Counted from the first letter of the whole stretch, positions 1 to 13,045 are shown. The stretch is 63,235 bases of DNA, filler included, from Rozella allomycis CSF55 (GCA_000442015.1; 9 parts of 9 records of this genome joined end to end with filler, not necessarily neighbours in it), one strand, 5' to 3'. The notes: generated by a model from the sequence alone, not told the origin. Made by a program: numbers and translations.

Positions 1-467
1 AAAAAAAATTTGCGAAACCGTTTGCGCGATTTTCGAAACAGGTCCAAAATTCACTTACATACGCGTAATACCAAAAGGGGATTTATAAGTCTTGCAGATT
101 TAGCCGAGAAAATATAAGTGGAAGTCGTAATCATCATAGATGAGATTTGCAATTATTGGATCAAAAATATTTATTGCTTATCCCTGGATGAGCATCACAG
201 AAAGGTTGACTCCGACCTATTAAATTCAATTGTAGATGGTATTTTGGAATTTTGAATTCAATGACATAATAGGAAATCGTTTGATGCTTTTTGGCGTTGG
301 TTTTTCATTCCAAGTTTCCAGCTTTTGAAATGCTGACTTTCAAAATCATCAAAAGTCATTCCCAGAAATCCCGTCTAACAAAAGGGTACTGCGAGCTTGT
401 TACCTTGAGATTTTAGATTTAAATCTACAACTAAATTTTTTTTCTATCAACCCTTGTAAGAATATCC

Positions 468-947
468 ATGCTTTCGTTGCTTTTTCTTTTACTTTCCGCC
501 ATGGATTTCTTTAGTTCGAAAAATGATTTTTATGCAACAGCGTCATCCCTCGAGGCATTTGGTATTCCTCTAGTAGGTCACGTCATGACACCTGTAATGA
601 ACTATGAGAGGTCCTCGGCGAACATTTTCAGAACCATGAGTCTTGCCTTTGAAAAACTGATTAATAACGTTGTTGAAGCATTGAAGAGAGCTATCGAAAT
701 CGGGAAAGCTATTGTAGATCTTATATGCAGGATACATCTTCTTCGTTTTCATGATATCAAATTTGACTTTTCTTGGAATGACAGAAAAAAATCAATCACG
801 TTAGATGTTTTATTTTCTTTTGACGGCCGGGATTTAAGATTTAATTTCCATTTTGATTTCAACAATATTCTGACAAGTATCTATAATTTCTTCAAAGCAT
901 CTGCTGAAAGTTTGATCGGGGGTACCACTAGTGATAATCACATGTAA
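468..947 (+). CDS. 3' part of an uncharacterised protein, probably the C-terminus of a large beta-rich protein family member (5' part not resolved)
   Basis: ORF with an amphipathic helix followed by alternating hydrophobic strands (DIKFDFSW, ITLDVLFSF, LRFNFHFDF). No clear start. Confidence 0.4.
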   Translation: MLSLLFLLLSAMDFFSSKNDFYATASSLEAFGIPLVGHVMTPVMNYERSSANIFRTMSLAFEKLINNVVEALKRAIEIGKAIVDLICRIHLLRFHDIKFDFSWNDRKKSITLDVLFSFDGRDLRFNFHFDFNNILTSIYNFFKASAESLIGGTTSDNHM

Positions 948-1028
948 TTTGAAATAAAAAAGTTCTTCCCGTTTATTCAGTTTATTCGGACCCTTATCAT
1001 CTATGGTAAGCCACGTTAAGTACCCTGG

Positions 1029-4000
1029 ATGAAAAAGTGCTTTTTTATTGTTTTGTTGTTTTCAGTTTTTTGTTGTAAAAATTTTGAGCAACTTAAGACA
1101 ATATTACCAACAAGTATAGATACTATTGAAAAAGTGTGTGGGAAAAAGTACACGGAGATAGATAGCAATGATCCGAGTGTTTGGAACCTCGCCTCTCAAT
1201 ATTCGAAGAGATTTAAAAACTTGGAGCATTTTTACGGAAGCTCCATGCGTGGTTGTGCTATTTCAAGCGTCTTGAACGAAGATCTTGTATTTTACAAAGA
1301 CTGGATTTTACTAGGCCAAGAGGTGGTTAATGGAATTTTATATAATACATTATCATCTCCGATGTTTTTTTGGGTTGGAAATATAGTCAAGGATAACGTC
1401 AAGTTCCCTGTGTCAATTTTAGAATTTTCGGAAAATGAGAGCTACTTTCGGATTGAGATTATGAAAAGCATGTTAGAGTGTTTTGATTTGTTTTTTGATT
1501 GGGCGCCCAAATATTTTTTTCCTCAAGATGTCAATGATCTTTTGTCTCATCTCGTAATCAATGAAGTTGAAGGTATTTTGAGAACAAAGAGTGATGGTAG
1601 CGCATTAGGGTATTTGAGGCTTAATTCTGACGAGGTTACTGCTTTTAAAATTCGAGCGAATGACTTTTTGACCCTATTAATTTCGAATTTTAGAGTTAGT
1701 ATCAGTTATGACTTTGACAGAAGATCATTTGGATTTCAGATTAAGGGGATTTTATGTAAAGGGGAAGCGAGGTGGAAATTAGGTCTTACGCACGGCCAAG
1801 ATCATTTGGCCTGGAATGAATCTGAGTTCATGTTAACAATGGAGCCCGTAAATCAAAGCTTGAACCTGTTTAAAGTGATTGGATGGTTTTTACCTCAAAG
1901 GTTGTTGCGTGAATTTGAGAGTAAACTTAAGGGAGTTTTGCCAAAAGCGACTTTTAGTAGTATATCTATTAGAATATTGAGTTCTTTGACGAGCGGAGGC
2001 AACTTTTTGGATTTCAAAAAGATGAAGTTGGTGATTTCTATCGCGGAAGCTCGAATTTCCTTGTCTCCTTTAATGGTTCTAAAACCGGCTAATTTAATAC
2101 TTGAGCTTTATAGGGAGTGTGATACTTGTAAAAGAACTTGGCATGCAAGTTTAATTGGGCGAATTGATGGTGCAAAGGACAAGGATGAGTTTAAAGGTGA
2201 GGCTTGGGTAAATTTTGGTCCTGGATCTTCTGGGAGAACATCAAGTTTTAAAATGGAATACAGTGTTAAAAATAAAGAGGTATTTGAGTTGATCGAGGAA
2301 TGGAATGTTGCGAGTCATGCGAACAACATTAAGGGGGTCGAATTCAATGGTTCAAAATATGATTTTAGGGTTCAACTGAATGGGATTTTGGCTTGGGATC
2401 CAGCTAAGAAGGCAATTAGTTACCGAGAAGTGTATTTTAGTCTTAATACTGGACCGAGGAGTATCATGAAAGTTTTTGAGTGGAATGTTTCAAACTTGGA
2501 ATTTCGTTTCTTTTGTTCGAAAAAGAAAAACTATATTGAAGGCAATGTGAAAGGTAAAGTAGATGATAAGCGAATCGAGCTTAATATTCAAAACCAGGAT
2601 AAAAGGTTAATAGGGGAGTGGAATGGAATTGGGCATCAATTTACATTCTCCAAGGCAAGAATCAATGACACTACTGTTGACTACTCCATATTTTTTAATG
2701 AAGACCTTCAACCGATTCGGGCACTACAAGGCATATTTCCGTTAATACAAGACGATGTCACGTATTTTCCAAAGTTTATTACAGAAGCGATTAGTTCTAT
2801 ATTTGTAAATGGTGCCATTGTCCGTCTTGTAAACAATAAGGTCGCACTTTGTGACGTATCCCTTGGTGCGTTTACAAAACCATTAACATTTGATTTTGGA
2901 GAAAGCCGGATTTCTGTGCAAAATTTAAAGTTGAATTTAACGTACAATGCAGTTGAAAAAGAAAAGTGGGGATTTGCTGGTAGTGCTGAAGGGAGGTTTG
3001 GAGGTGTTGGTGGATCCACGAATCTTTGGTATCAAAGGGGTTTGTTGTATCTTAAAATGCAACTAAATTCTGGCAATGATTTTGAACTTGAAGCTCTTCA
3101 ATATGATCGATCCGTTTTGAGTTTTCAAATGCCCAAGGTTAGTGCCAATTTAAAGTTCAACTTTACCACGAAATCTGTCGAGTATTTTAGTTTCCAGGGA
3201 GAAACGAATGTTACACTGAACATGTTTGAGAAGCAATATGAATGGCAGATGCCCCTTGAAATAGAACACAGGTCGGGATCTGATGCGAAGCGATCGTTTA
3301 AGCTAGGGCCAATCAAAGCTGTGAAATTGGCAAACGTGGACGCGTTCGTGGAGATTGGATGTAAACATGGCGATTCAGATACCGATGGCACCTATGTTGA
3401 AGCTAAAGTAATGAATGTGCACCTGCTGAAGTTTGTTGCAGAACTTACTGGAAAGCCGACCGTTACGCTTGATGATTACAATGAGGAGCTGTGGATTGAA
3501 AGAGCTGTTATTGGAATATACATTTACAAAGAAGGCGCGATACTTTCCATTCAGTCTGATATGCGAGTTCAAAAAGGTAACGGACATGTGGATGGTAAAC
3601 GTAGGATCGATTAGAGCTGTTTTTATCGGCCAAGTGGATAAAGAAAACTCCGTGCAGCTAGCGATCGCAGGCCGTGTGCAGAACGTGGATCCGTTTAAAC
3701 TGCTTCATATTGGTGGCTTTGGAAGAGAGATGAATATTTTCCAGTTGAATATCCACAATCTGATTATATATGCGTCTAATGCAAACATTGTGGTATCCAA
3801 AGTCCACGAATTAATGTTGAAGGATCGATATGTGCTGATTCAGGATAACGAGGTGATTAAGCAAGGGGTTGGGATGAGAGCCAATGTTACAATTCCAGGG
3901 GAAAGTTTTTTTAATAAAGTTCTTGATATCTTTCTGGGAGGAACTGGTGAAGCTAGAAATTTGGCATTTCACGGGTTTGGGAACAAAGATGAGATTGAAT

Positions 4001-6996
4001 TGGCCTTGGACATTAAGGTAACTATGAATGTCACGTAAATATATTAGAATGAAGATAAAGACAAAAGAGAATTGGAAAATTTTAATGGAATCGCAATACG
4101 AAAGGTGAATGCTTTTTTCCGATACTACAAGTCTGATTTGGCGATTGGGATGGGTATCAATTTGATATTTACAATTAAAAATGAAGAATTCGACTATGGG
4201 GACTTTATTCTTGAAGGAACTAAGGATATTAAAAGCTATATTGATTTGGATTTGAATGGGGCGATCGAGAAGAGAAGTGCTGCATTGAGTTTTCTCGTTA
4301 GTGTATCTGTGAATGGTGAGTGGAAAAGAACATTGGGTATTGAGCGTTTGACAACCAAGGATTTGAAGTTTGAAGTTGGCATTACAACGGGCCCTCCTTT
4401 TACATTAGAATTTCTGATTCAACTTGAAGCGAAATATGGCACTGCAAGATATAATTTCGGCGGTCGCGGATTAGTTGTGCGCAGGGCTGACATGTCGCTG
4501 GTGGATTTATCATTGCATGGCATATCATTGAAGAACTTTGTCGGCGCTTTACTTGACGATTGCATAGCTGATTCCGTTCCAGATTTGTTAAACAACCTGT
4601 TTAGACTAGATCACTTTAGTTTCATATTTTCCACAAAAGAAATAAAATTAGGCAAGAAAGTTTACAAACAAGGCTATTCCATAAAGACAAAGCTGACTCT
4701 TTTGGGAGTTACCACAAGTGCTGTATTTGATTTTGACACAGAAAGATTATATTCAAAGATTGAAGTTGGTCCAATCAATATTTTTGGTCTTGAGATTTTA
4801 AGATTTAAGAACAGTGACCTAGGCCCAACGTTTGAGATTGATATATCGAGGAAAGCTAGAAAATTCCCCACCTTAGATTTCCAAGGTTATGGCAATCTTG
4901 GGTTCGTTTCAGCAGAGGTTAAAGTCGCCTTGAATAAAGACCATTTTCTGCTATCGTGCCAAGGCAATTTATTTAACTTGCTTTACTCTCAATTTAAGAT
5001 TGAGGCTGGTCCAGATTTGATTCATGTAAGCGGAAACATAACAACAGATGCGGTAACCTCTTCATACCACTGAATAATATAGTTTTCAACCCTTTTGGAC
5101 TCCAACAAAGATGGCGTCAACAAATCGGCAAAAGAAGAATTGAAATCCAAACAACGCAACCTTGATAATACAGAGAAACGCGCTAAGCAGTTTAAAGATG
5201 ATTTGAACAAACGGAAGAAATCGAATGTCAAATTTGAGATTGAGAGTATTAATGAGTTCATAAAAAGATATAACACGGTTGTCGGTATTCTTAACAAAGG
5301 AAATAGTGCAACTGATGATGCTGCCAAACAAAAACATCTTGAACAAGCAGAAAAAATAGCAAGGGAAATGAAGTCAATAGCCGAAAAATCTCAAATGTCA
5401 TCAGACCACAGTAATGCGAATAGTAATAGAAACAGACACGGCGATGTCAACAGGGATGTCAGTGTCCATGAAAGCCGTAACAGGGAAGATTGTGATTTGA
5501 ATGTTGAAAGAAATGTTGAAAGAAATGTTGAAGAGATAAATAATAATGAAGAGATAAATGGTGAAAGAAATGTTCTTAGCAGTGTAGCTAGAAATGTTCT
5601 AGGCAGTGTTCTAAGCAGATTTGTTAGAAATGATCAAAGAAATGATCAAGGAAATGATCAAAGAAATGATCAAGGAAATGATCAAAGAAATGAGCAGAGA
5701 AATGATCAAAGAAATGAGCAGAGAAATGGTCAAAGAAATGATCAAAGAAATGATCAAAGAAATGAGCAGAGAAATGATCAAAGAAATGATCAAAGAAATG
5801 AGCAGAGAAATGATCAAAGAAATGATCAAAGAAATGCTGATATTGATATTAGAAATGAACAAAGAAACGAGCAAGGAAATGTCAATATTGTTGTTAGATT
5901 CTTGTATCGAATTTTCTCGGAATTTTTCTCTCTCTTCAAAGACGTAAACATTAAGAAGGAATATGTTTTCATCATACTTACATTTGCACTTTTCGCAATT
6001 CTTAAAAATGTAGTTATGATTCCACGCGATTTTGATTTTCTATCCTTTGTGATTCCTTTGTGTTCATTGATTTTCTTTATTTTTCTATTCTTTTATGTCG
6101 TTCTTTCTTTTTCCCGTTTTGTTGTGTCTACCATTGAGAGACTATACTATTATTTCGAAGACTTTGCCATCAAGTCAGGCTATGTTTCCTCATACTTTGG
6201 TTTTATCATTCATAGAGTTTTTGTTTTATTGATCAACATGCTGCCATATGTGTTTGTACCACTTGCTAGAACTGGCGTTATTAGTGGTGAATTCGAAGAC
6301 TTATTTCCAATCGAGGCGTTATTTTGGTACTTTTTGTATCAAATCGGTCCAGAGATAACAAATCATTTAGATATTGCATTAAAACCACATTACAGCAAGA
6401 TTCGAGGCATAATTGTATCCAAATACAATTCAATGAAATCGACTCTTCTAAATAAATTAAAACCGTATTTGGATAAGATTCGAGACATGACTTCACCAAA
6501 GTCATTCGACAAGGTTAGAACTGAAGGTGACACCATTCCATATCCACAACATCATTTTCATAACAGCTTCCATCTATTTGAATTCGACTTGATTGATAAA
6601 AAAAATTTAAAACGTTTGGAATATCTAGCTTATGCAGTTATGGCTTCTCTTTTAATGACTTTCTTGGTTAGCTATATTAGGTCATGCCAAAATTGTGTCT
6701 CTTTGGATAGTTTTATTGATATTTTTCCTTCAAATAAAATAATCCCTGAAGTCTTTAATAATCGTTTTCTCACAAATCAAAATTCAATAAATCAAAATTT
6801 AATAGGTGAACATGTACAACCCTGGTTAAATTTAAATAAGGAAAATTATGAAATTGTTACGGGAAAAGACACAAACATAAAGGAATTAAAAGGAAACAGG
6901 GAAAGTAATAAAATAACCGAAATCCTCTCGTCAAATGGCCCAGATATCAATAATACGAAATTCGATGATCTTTGCAATTTTTTAAAGCCTTTATAA
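1029..6996 (+). CDS. Giant (~1960 aa) uncharacterised protein: signal peptide, long beta-strand-rich region, coiled coil, N(D/E)QR repeat, multi-TM C-terminal region
   Basis: Four ORFs join in frame through GT-AG introns at 3577-3604 (28 nt), 4018-4047 (30 nt) and 5053-5082 (30 nt). N-terminus MKKCFFIVLLFSVFC is hydrophobic; several hydrophobic segments follow 5950. Confidence 0.7.
5626..5836 (+). repeat. Coding 12-bp tandem repeat (AGAAATGATCAA/AGAAATGAGCAG) encoding RND(E)Q
   Basis: About 17 directly visible 12-nt units inside ORF 5095-6996. Confidence 0.95.
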
Positions 6997-7880
6997 AGCC
7001 ATTCTATTTTGCGTTGATAATTTTCACGGCTTGGCTTTATCACGTCTGCAATGAAATGAACAAAAAGTTGGCCTTATTTGATACACGTAAAAAAGAAATT
7101 AATAATGAACTGGGCGTTATGACTGGAAGAGTTGAAATTAATACAAATTCTATTGAAATCATTCATTCAAATGGGGCAATTGTAACAGCGATGCCCACTT
7201 TTAATAATTTAAACTCTGACTTAAACCCCAGTAGAATTGAATCCATAAAATTCTCAGTTCAGAAGAATGGTACAAAAATCAAACTCTTATCTTTTCTTGC
7301 TCTTGCTCTGGCTGCATTAATCTTTCTTTCCCAAAACATCGACTCTACTCTTATCTATCTCAATGAAATGAAAGAAGTGTTTGTACAATCAGTTCATCTA
7401 GACTTTCACATGATTTTCTCTACGGTAATTTCTACAATCAAATTTCCAATTATTCCGTACCTGATAATCTCCTGTTTCCTTAATTTCTTATTTCTTTCCA
7501 AAAAATTGAAGACCGAAAGAGCCGACGTTATTCCAATTATAATACGTTCCTTTGACGTTGTAAATTATTTCAAAGAAACCGATATTATTCCAGTACAGAC
7601 TTCAACACCTTTTGGTTGTCTAATTTTTGAACCTATCGTTCCTCTCTATAATTGTATGCCTCTTTCTGTTATTGACCCGTCTCCGTTCACTTTAAAACAC
7701 TCACCCGTTGCACTGCAATTTTCCCATCATTATAGCATTGCTGAAAACTCTCTTGATGCTCATCAATTCACAAGATCCACCTCTTTTACAAGTTTAATGA
7801 CGCAGTTAACGGAATCTCTAGCAAATTTCCATCAACAAAATGAATACGTCCCTGCCGTCATTAATTCAGCAAAAAAATAA
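6972..7880 (+). CDS. Hypothetical membrane protein, possibly the -1 frame continuation of the 1029-6996 gene
   Basis: 302-codon open frame with about 3 hydrophobic segments; overlaps the upstream stop in the -1 frame. Confidence 0.45.
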   Translation: MQFFKAFIKPFYFALIIFTAWLYHVCNEMNKKLALFDTRKKEINNELGVMTGRVEINTNSIEIIHSNGAIVTAMPTFNNLNSDLNPSRIESIKFSVQKNGTKIKLLSFLALALAALIFLSQNIDSTLIYLNEMKEVFVQSVHLDFHMIFSTVISTIKFPIIPYLIISCFLNFLFLSKKLKTERADVIPIIIRSFDVVNYFKETDIIPVQTSTPFGCLIFEPIVPLYNCMPLSVIDPSPFTLKHSPVALQFSHHYSIAENSLDAHQFTRSTSFTSLMTQLTESLANFHQQNEYVPAVINSAKK

Positions 7881-8448
7881 ATCTTTGTGATTGTTATCGT
7901 TATTTTATCAGCCAGACACCTATTATTTAATAATTTGATTGTTCTTTAAAACCTCAATATTTCTTCCTTCGAAGGCTTCCCTAAGTTTATCGTTTCAAAG
8001 AACATAATATATACTGACGGACTCGATTCTTGCAATTGACTACCGATTTTTGTATACATAAACTGGACCCAGTAGGCGGGGCATTCAAAAAACATTGCGA
8101 CCACACAAAACAACTCTTTTCTATCTTTATCATTTTTTTATTTTACATTAGTTTGAAGTTGCTATGGAAATTTAAATTTGTTTATTTGATTTATGCAAAG
8201 CCACGAAGGATCATAGCCGCTGTAATCTTGTTCGCTACAAAAGAGATTTTCGTAATGGACGATTTAGCACTACATGGAAATTGTTTAAATCGATATCTAC
8301 TTTCAAAAACAATTCAGGAATTCATTTTAGCGCTTTCTTCTATCCGTAATCTTCATTTACCGTTTCCCTCCTGCAAATCCCGAATCACCATTATCTTGTT
8401 CTAATTAAGAAATGTCAAAAAAATTTACCTTTTAATTAATATAACTAT

Positions 8449-8492
8449 ACAAGTCTCGCAGTGCTCGTTAACTGGACGGGGAGGTATTCTAG
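8449..8492 (+). repeat. Dispersed repeat family A (ACAAGTCTCGCAGTGCTCGTTAA..GGACGGGGAG..CTAG), candidate Helitron 3' end
   Basis: Near-identical copies at 60107, 60801, 61216 (truncated) and 61305; upstream flank 8100-8170 also matches 60160-60220 and 61370-61430. Confidence 0.7.
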
Positions 8493-8939
8493 TAAANAAT
8501 CCTATTGCATTAAATATGCAGCCAGAGGGAAAAAGTTTTAAAATTAATAAATTGGTTTTATTTAGGTGGATTGATTTGTTATTTCTGATTATTATTAATT
8601 GATTCCTAAAGAAACTTGATAAAAACTTAATAAACATTGAGATTAGTAACGATTTCAGATTTGTTTTGGATGATTTGAATTAGTTGCAGAGGCTTATGGA
8701 AGAAGTGTGATGAAAGATTGGTGTATTAACTTGCTAAAAATAAAATGCCTTTCGGTAAGGTTAAACCAATAAGCTAGTAATGAACCAGTAATGAACCGGG
8801 GTTTATTCAATGTTTGCGTCCTTTTTATAAGGTTGGTTTCCATGGTAATTTGATAAGATTTCTTCCATAAGCTTCTGTAGTGTTCCATTGAGATTTCAAG
8901 CTCGTAAATTTTGATTCTTTGGATTTTCATGTCAACNGT

Positions 8940-10115
8940 GATGAAGGAGGACGAAGTTCGAAGAAGGCACTTAGATGATGAAGGAGAAGTTGAAGCCCAG
9001 GAGGGGTGAAGGAACTTGNGAGTTATGAGCCCGGCGCGCAGAAGTGTTGATTCGATACTCAGATTTGGGTCCTCCGGTATGTGAGAACTGGAGTAGGGAG
9101 AAGTTCGAAGAAGGAACTTAGATGATGAAGGAGAAGTTGAAGCCCAGGAGGGGTGAAGGAACTTGATGAAGGAGGAAGAAATTCGAGGAAGGAACTTAGA
9201 TCTTAGATGATGAAGAAGAAGTTTGAAGGAACTTAAATGACGAAGAAGTTCGGTGAGGGAACGTGATGAGGAAAGGAGAGAGAAAGAAAGAAGTAGAGAG
9301 AGAAGATGGAGCGACAGAGGGGACAGAGAAAGGGAGAGAGTAGATGGAGCCACAGAGGGGAAAGAGAAAGGGAGAGAGTAGATGTAAAAAGGGAAAAGAG
9401 AAAGGGAGAGAGTAGATGGAGAGAAGGAGGGAAAAGAGAAATGGACGAGAGTGAAAGGAAGTAGACGAAAGAGAAGAATAGATAGGTAAAATGATAGACG
9501 AGAAAAAGAGGGAGAAAAAGAGTGGCGAGAGAGGGAGAGAAAGAGTGGAGAGAGAAGGAGCGAAAGAGTGGAGAGAGAAGGAGAGAAAGAGTGGAGAGAG
9601 AAAGAAGTGGAAAGAGTGGAGAGAGAAAGAAGTGGCGAGAGGACATGGCGAGAGAAAGAGTGGAGAGAGCAGGAGTAGAAAGGAGAAGGAAAGACAGAAG
9701 ATACAAGTAGGGGAGAAAGAGAAAGAGAGTAGATCGAAGAAAAAGGGAGAGAGTAGAAAAAAGCGAGGAGATGAAAAGAGAGAGGGAGATAAAACGTGGA
9801 GCGAGAGGGAGGGAGAGAGAAAGAGGGGAGAGAGAGGCATAGCATGCGTGGAGAGAGAGGGAGGCAGAGAAAGAGTGGAGAGCAGAAGAAAGATGAACTA
9901 TAGAAAACGGGAAGAAAGGAAGAGGCAGGACAGACGGATGAGTGAAAAGGAGAGAGAGGGAAAGAGAATGTAGATATATGGAAAAACTGAAGGAATGACA
10001 AAGGTGAAATTGAGGAAAGAACGACAATAGGAGAGAGGAAGATGGATAAAGATAAAGAGAAGATGTTGGCAGAAGAGGAGATGAAGTATAGAAAAAGAAG
10101 GAACGAAGAGAAGCT
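8940..10115 (+). repeat. Purine-rich (GA) low-complexity tract with internal duplicated segments
   Basis: + strand is almost only G/A from about 9240 to 10115. The segment GATGATGAAGGAGAAGTTGAAGCCCAGGAGGGGTGAAGGAACTTG is duplicated at ~8974 and ~9121. Confidence 0.85.
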
Positions 10116-10146
10116 TCATCCGCAACAAACAAACAAACACAAATAC

Positions 10147-10870
10147 TAGGGTGGACAAATGTTTGTAGAACAAATACCTTCGGTATTTGTTTGTTTTCAG
10201 CGTTTGTCAAATAGTTTGACAAATAGTTTGCTAATACTTTCGATTTTCATTGGCTTGTATTTTTAGCTCTTCCTCCCGTACTATGATTGGTTCAAATTAC
10301 GTTTTCCTATGTATATATACTAAATGGTCGACGTTAAGGGGAAACACCAAGTGAACATGGAAAACCAACCCACGAACAACATAGCCGCCCCCGCTGACAC
10401 CCCAATCATCATTGATTGCGACCTTGAGAATGATATCATTGAAGTAACTGACTTGGTCAGCAATAGCGCATCTAATTCTGCATCTGCCGCTGCATCTGCC
10501 CATGGCAAGCAAGCATCAGACGTCTGGAAGATGTGCAAAATGGCGCCAAGGCCAAATGCAAGATCTGCGGTAAGATGCAAAGACAACGTCGAATTTCCTT
10601 ACGCATGCACGGGGACACCGCTGCCATTGGGAAAGAGTACAAGCTGGTGACGACGACGCTGTTTTTGCGCCACAAAATGCACAGAATGCGTGCGGTGTTC
10701 ACGCAAGAATCCTTGCTGAGCACATCGTCAAATGTGTGGTGACACAGGACCAGTCGTCTGCCATGATTGAATCCAAAGAGTTCCGAGAGCTAGTCCATAT
10801 TCTAAATCCAAAAGCCACAATCTTCAAGGCTGACACTCTTAAGCGGGATATTGAGAAAAGCGAAAGCAGA
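10147..10870 (+). mobile_element. Degenerate hAT (Ac-like) DNA transposon, 5' end
   Basis: TAGGGTGGAC terminus at 10147 with ACAAAT/ATTTGT subterminal repeats; BED-finger remnant (SDVWK...AKCKICGK); at 10730-10860 the hAT-type segment VTQDQSSAMIESKEFRELVHILNPKATIFKADTLKRDI; frameshifted. Confidence 0.7.
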
Positions 10871-12390
10871 CGAAATATGAAACCACAATGAACATGACGA
10901 GAAGACACAAATGATGAGGCAGCGGGAATGGAAGATTGGTTGGTTTCAGGGAGAGAAAACGCGACGGTACAAGGAGACTGTAGTGAGAGAATGGCTAGTC
11001 ATGACTCAAAGGAGCAAAAAATACTTGCTGCAAGAACATAAGCGAGAGAGAAATGACGCAAATAGAGGACATAACAGAAGGTCAAAGATCTCGTATGGGC
11101 AAAGAAGTACTTAGTAATGACATTCGGAAAACGTGTGAACGCAAAGAACATGGGGAATATTTGAGATGAAAATATGAAGGTTTGAAGTTAAGGATTGTCG
11201 TTGATTTGATACAAACTATCGGGAAACTACGATATTAAGACATTGAACGGAGTAGACGAGATTTATTGCAAATGGGAGTATTTAGATCAAAAATTTAAAT
11301 CATTGTGGAAACGATATCTAACCATCAGATAGTTCATTAACTGTTATGTTAACATAAGCTTACTAAAGATTGCAAAATATGACGACTTTCGGACCTATTC
11401 TTTACAATCGATATCCGCCACATGTGGTGTTAAACGTTTTGAGAAATTGCGCTTTCCTGTCGCATTCATTTCCAAAATATAAATGACGTTGCGCTAACGA
11501 AGTTTGTTTTTTCAATTCGAGAGAAAGAATTTGTACTATGTTAAACATAATGTATTATTTATTCCCGGTAAACCTAGTTATTGTTAAATTAATGAACTCG
11601 TGGAATTCGTAACTGATAATAAAGATTTGAACCGTTGTCGTGTATTGTTGTGATTGCCAAAAACAAAGATAGTTTTATGTTTTGCTATTCACATGGATGG
11701 AACGTTTTACAAATTCAGAACAAGCTTTAGCAGGCACCGTTGGATGAATCAGCAAAAGAAAATGTAATAATGTCGCGCATGAAGTCTTAAAAAATTCTTA
11801 ACCAGTTAACCTTTATGTTCACGAGCATGGTTGCGGAATGTCTATCTATATGCCAAATTATTTGTAGCCGCATCTTACTTGAAAATAGGACGTCATGGAA
11901 AGAAAATGACAACATTTTAAAAAGAACGCTCGAGAAGAGGGCAAATACTTTTATAACAAACTTTTTTTGTTTTTCCGTTAGTTGATCACGCGAATTGCAA
12001 TGCAGAGGAGTTAAATCAACTTGAAGCGTATTATGAAAGTCCTGGTTCGACAACAAGCTCCGCATTCGATAACATGAGTCAATCATTCAAACGCAAGAGT
12101 TGATTAAATAAATAATTTTTCATGGTACATTCAGTCAGTTCCTTTAATGTTTACGTGAATCAAAATTGCTCTCCAAAAGGTATTAAGCGTAGAGATATGA
12201 GATAACGTAGCGCGGTTGATTGAAAGAATATTGACATCATAAACAGAGTACGGCGCGCCGTTCATTAAAAACAGAGTAGGGCACACAGATCATCAACCAA
12301 TTAATAGGGTGAGTAATGAGTTTCAACTTAGTTATAGATTTTCACTAATGAATGTCAGATTTAAATATTTTTTATTGAAAGTAAAGGAAG

Positions 12391-12550
12391 GGGAAACCAT
12401 TCGTCAAAATCACCTTGGGATCGAACCAAGCCCTCCTGAAAATTCCAAAAAAATTAAACTTTAAAAACCGCATCCACTGGGAATTGAACACGGGGGTTTT
12501 AAGTCAAAAAGACTTCAAAAGTCCAGCGCCCTCGTCAATAACAGCCATCA
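12391..12550 (-). repeat. tRNA-derived (SINE-like) repeat, copy 1
   Basis: Minus strand reads ..GGCGCTGGACT..CCGTGTTCAATTCCCAGTGGATGCGG-TTTTT..GGTTCGATCCC..GATTTTGACGAATGG; related copies at 13146-13290 (-) and 37071-37205 (+). Confidence 0.55.
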
Positions 12551-13045
12551 TATCAATTTTATTTAAAAGCAGGAACTGATTCAAAGAAAAGTGCCGGAAG
12601 TTTTTCATATCTTTTTTTTACAGACATATAATTTGCAGAACCAAATGCTGAACATAGATGAAACTCTCANGAACAAACAATTTGAGCGATGAATTTGGAA
12701 CACGGTTTTATCTTTGTGCTAACTAGCGCGCGAACCCGGATATCTGTAATACTAAAAGCGGAGTTGCCATGGTAACTGGTTGTCAAGAATANGTAAATTG
12801 TAATATGAATAGTCATTTTTTATGTTGAACCGAAAGGCTTCTTCTTAGCTTAATATTTACCCTTCCCCTATTTCATGAAAAATGGATCAATTCTCAATTC
12901 GCTTAATTGAAATTGATCTTATAAGAACAAACANATGTTAGTGGCCTTGGTTCGACAATGGACCCAAGTTCTTACCGAGTGCTTTGATGGCGTAGACTTG
13001 GGCTCAATTACTTTAATCATCATGGTTCATGTCTTGAATGTGCAA

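Noticed and set aside
5611-5947. Alternative-frame ORFs (IISL)n and (MIKE)n
   Set aside because: Shadow frames of the 12-bp coding repeat.
8694-10222. Long S/L/F-rich minus-strand ORFs and the E/R/K-rich plus-strand ORF
   Set aside because: By-products of the GA low-complexity tract, which lacks stop codons.
12391-12550. Functional tRNA gene
   Set aside because: I could not build a convincing acceptor stem or anticodon arm, and the copies are diverged; reported as a tRNA-derived repeat instead.
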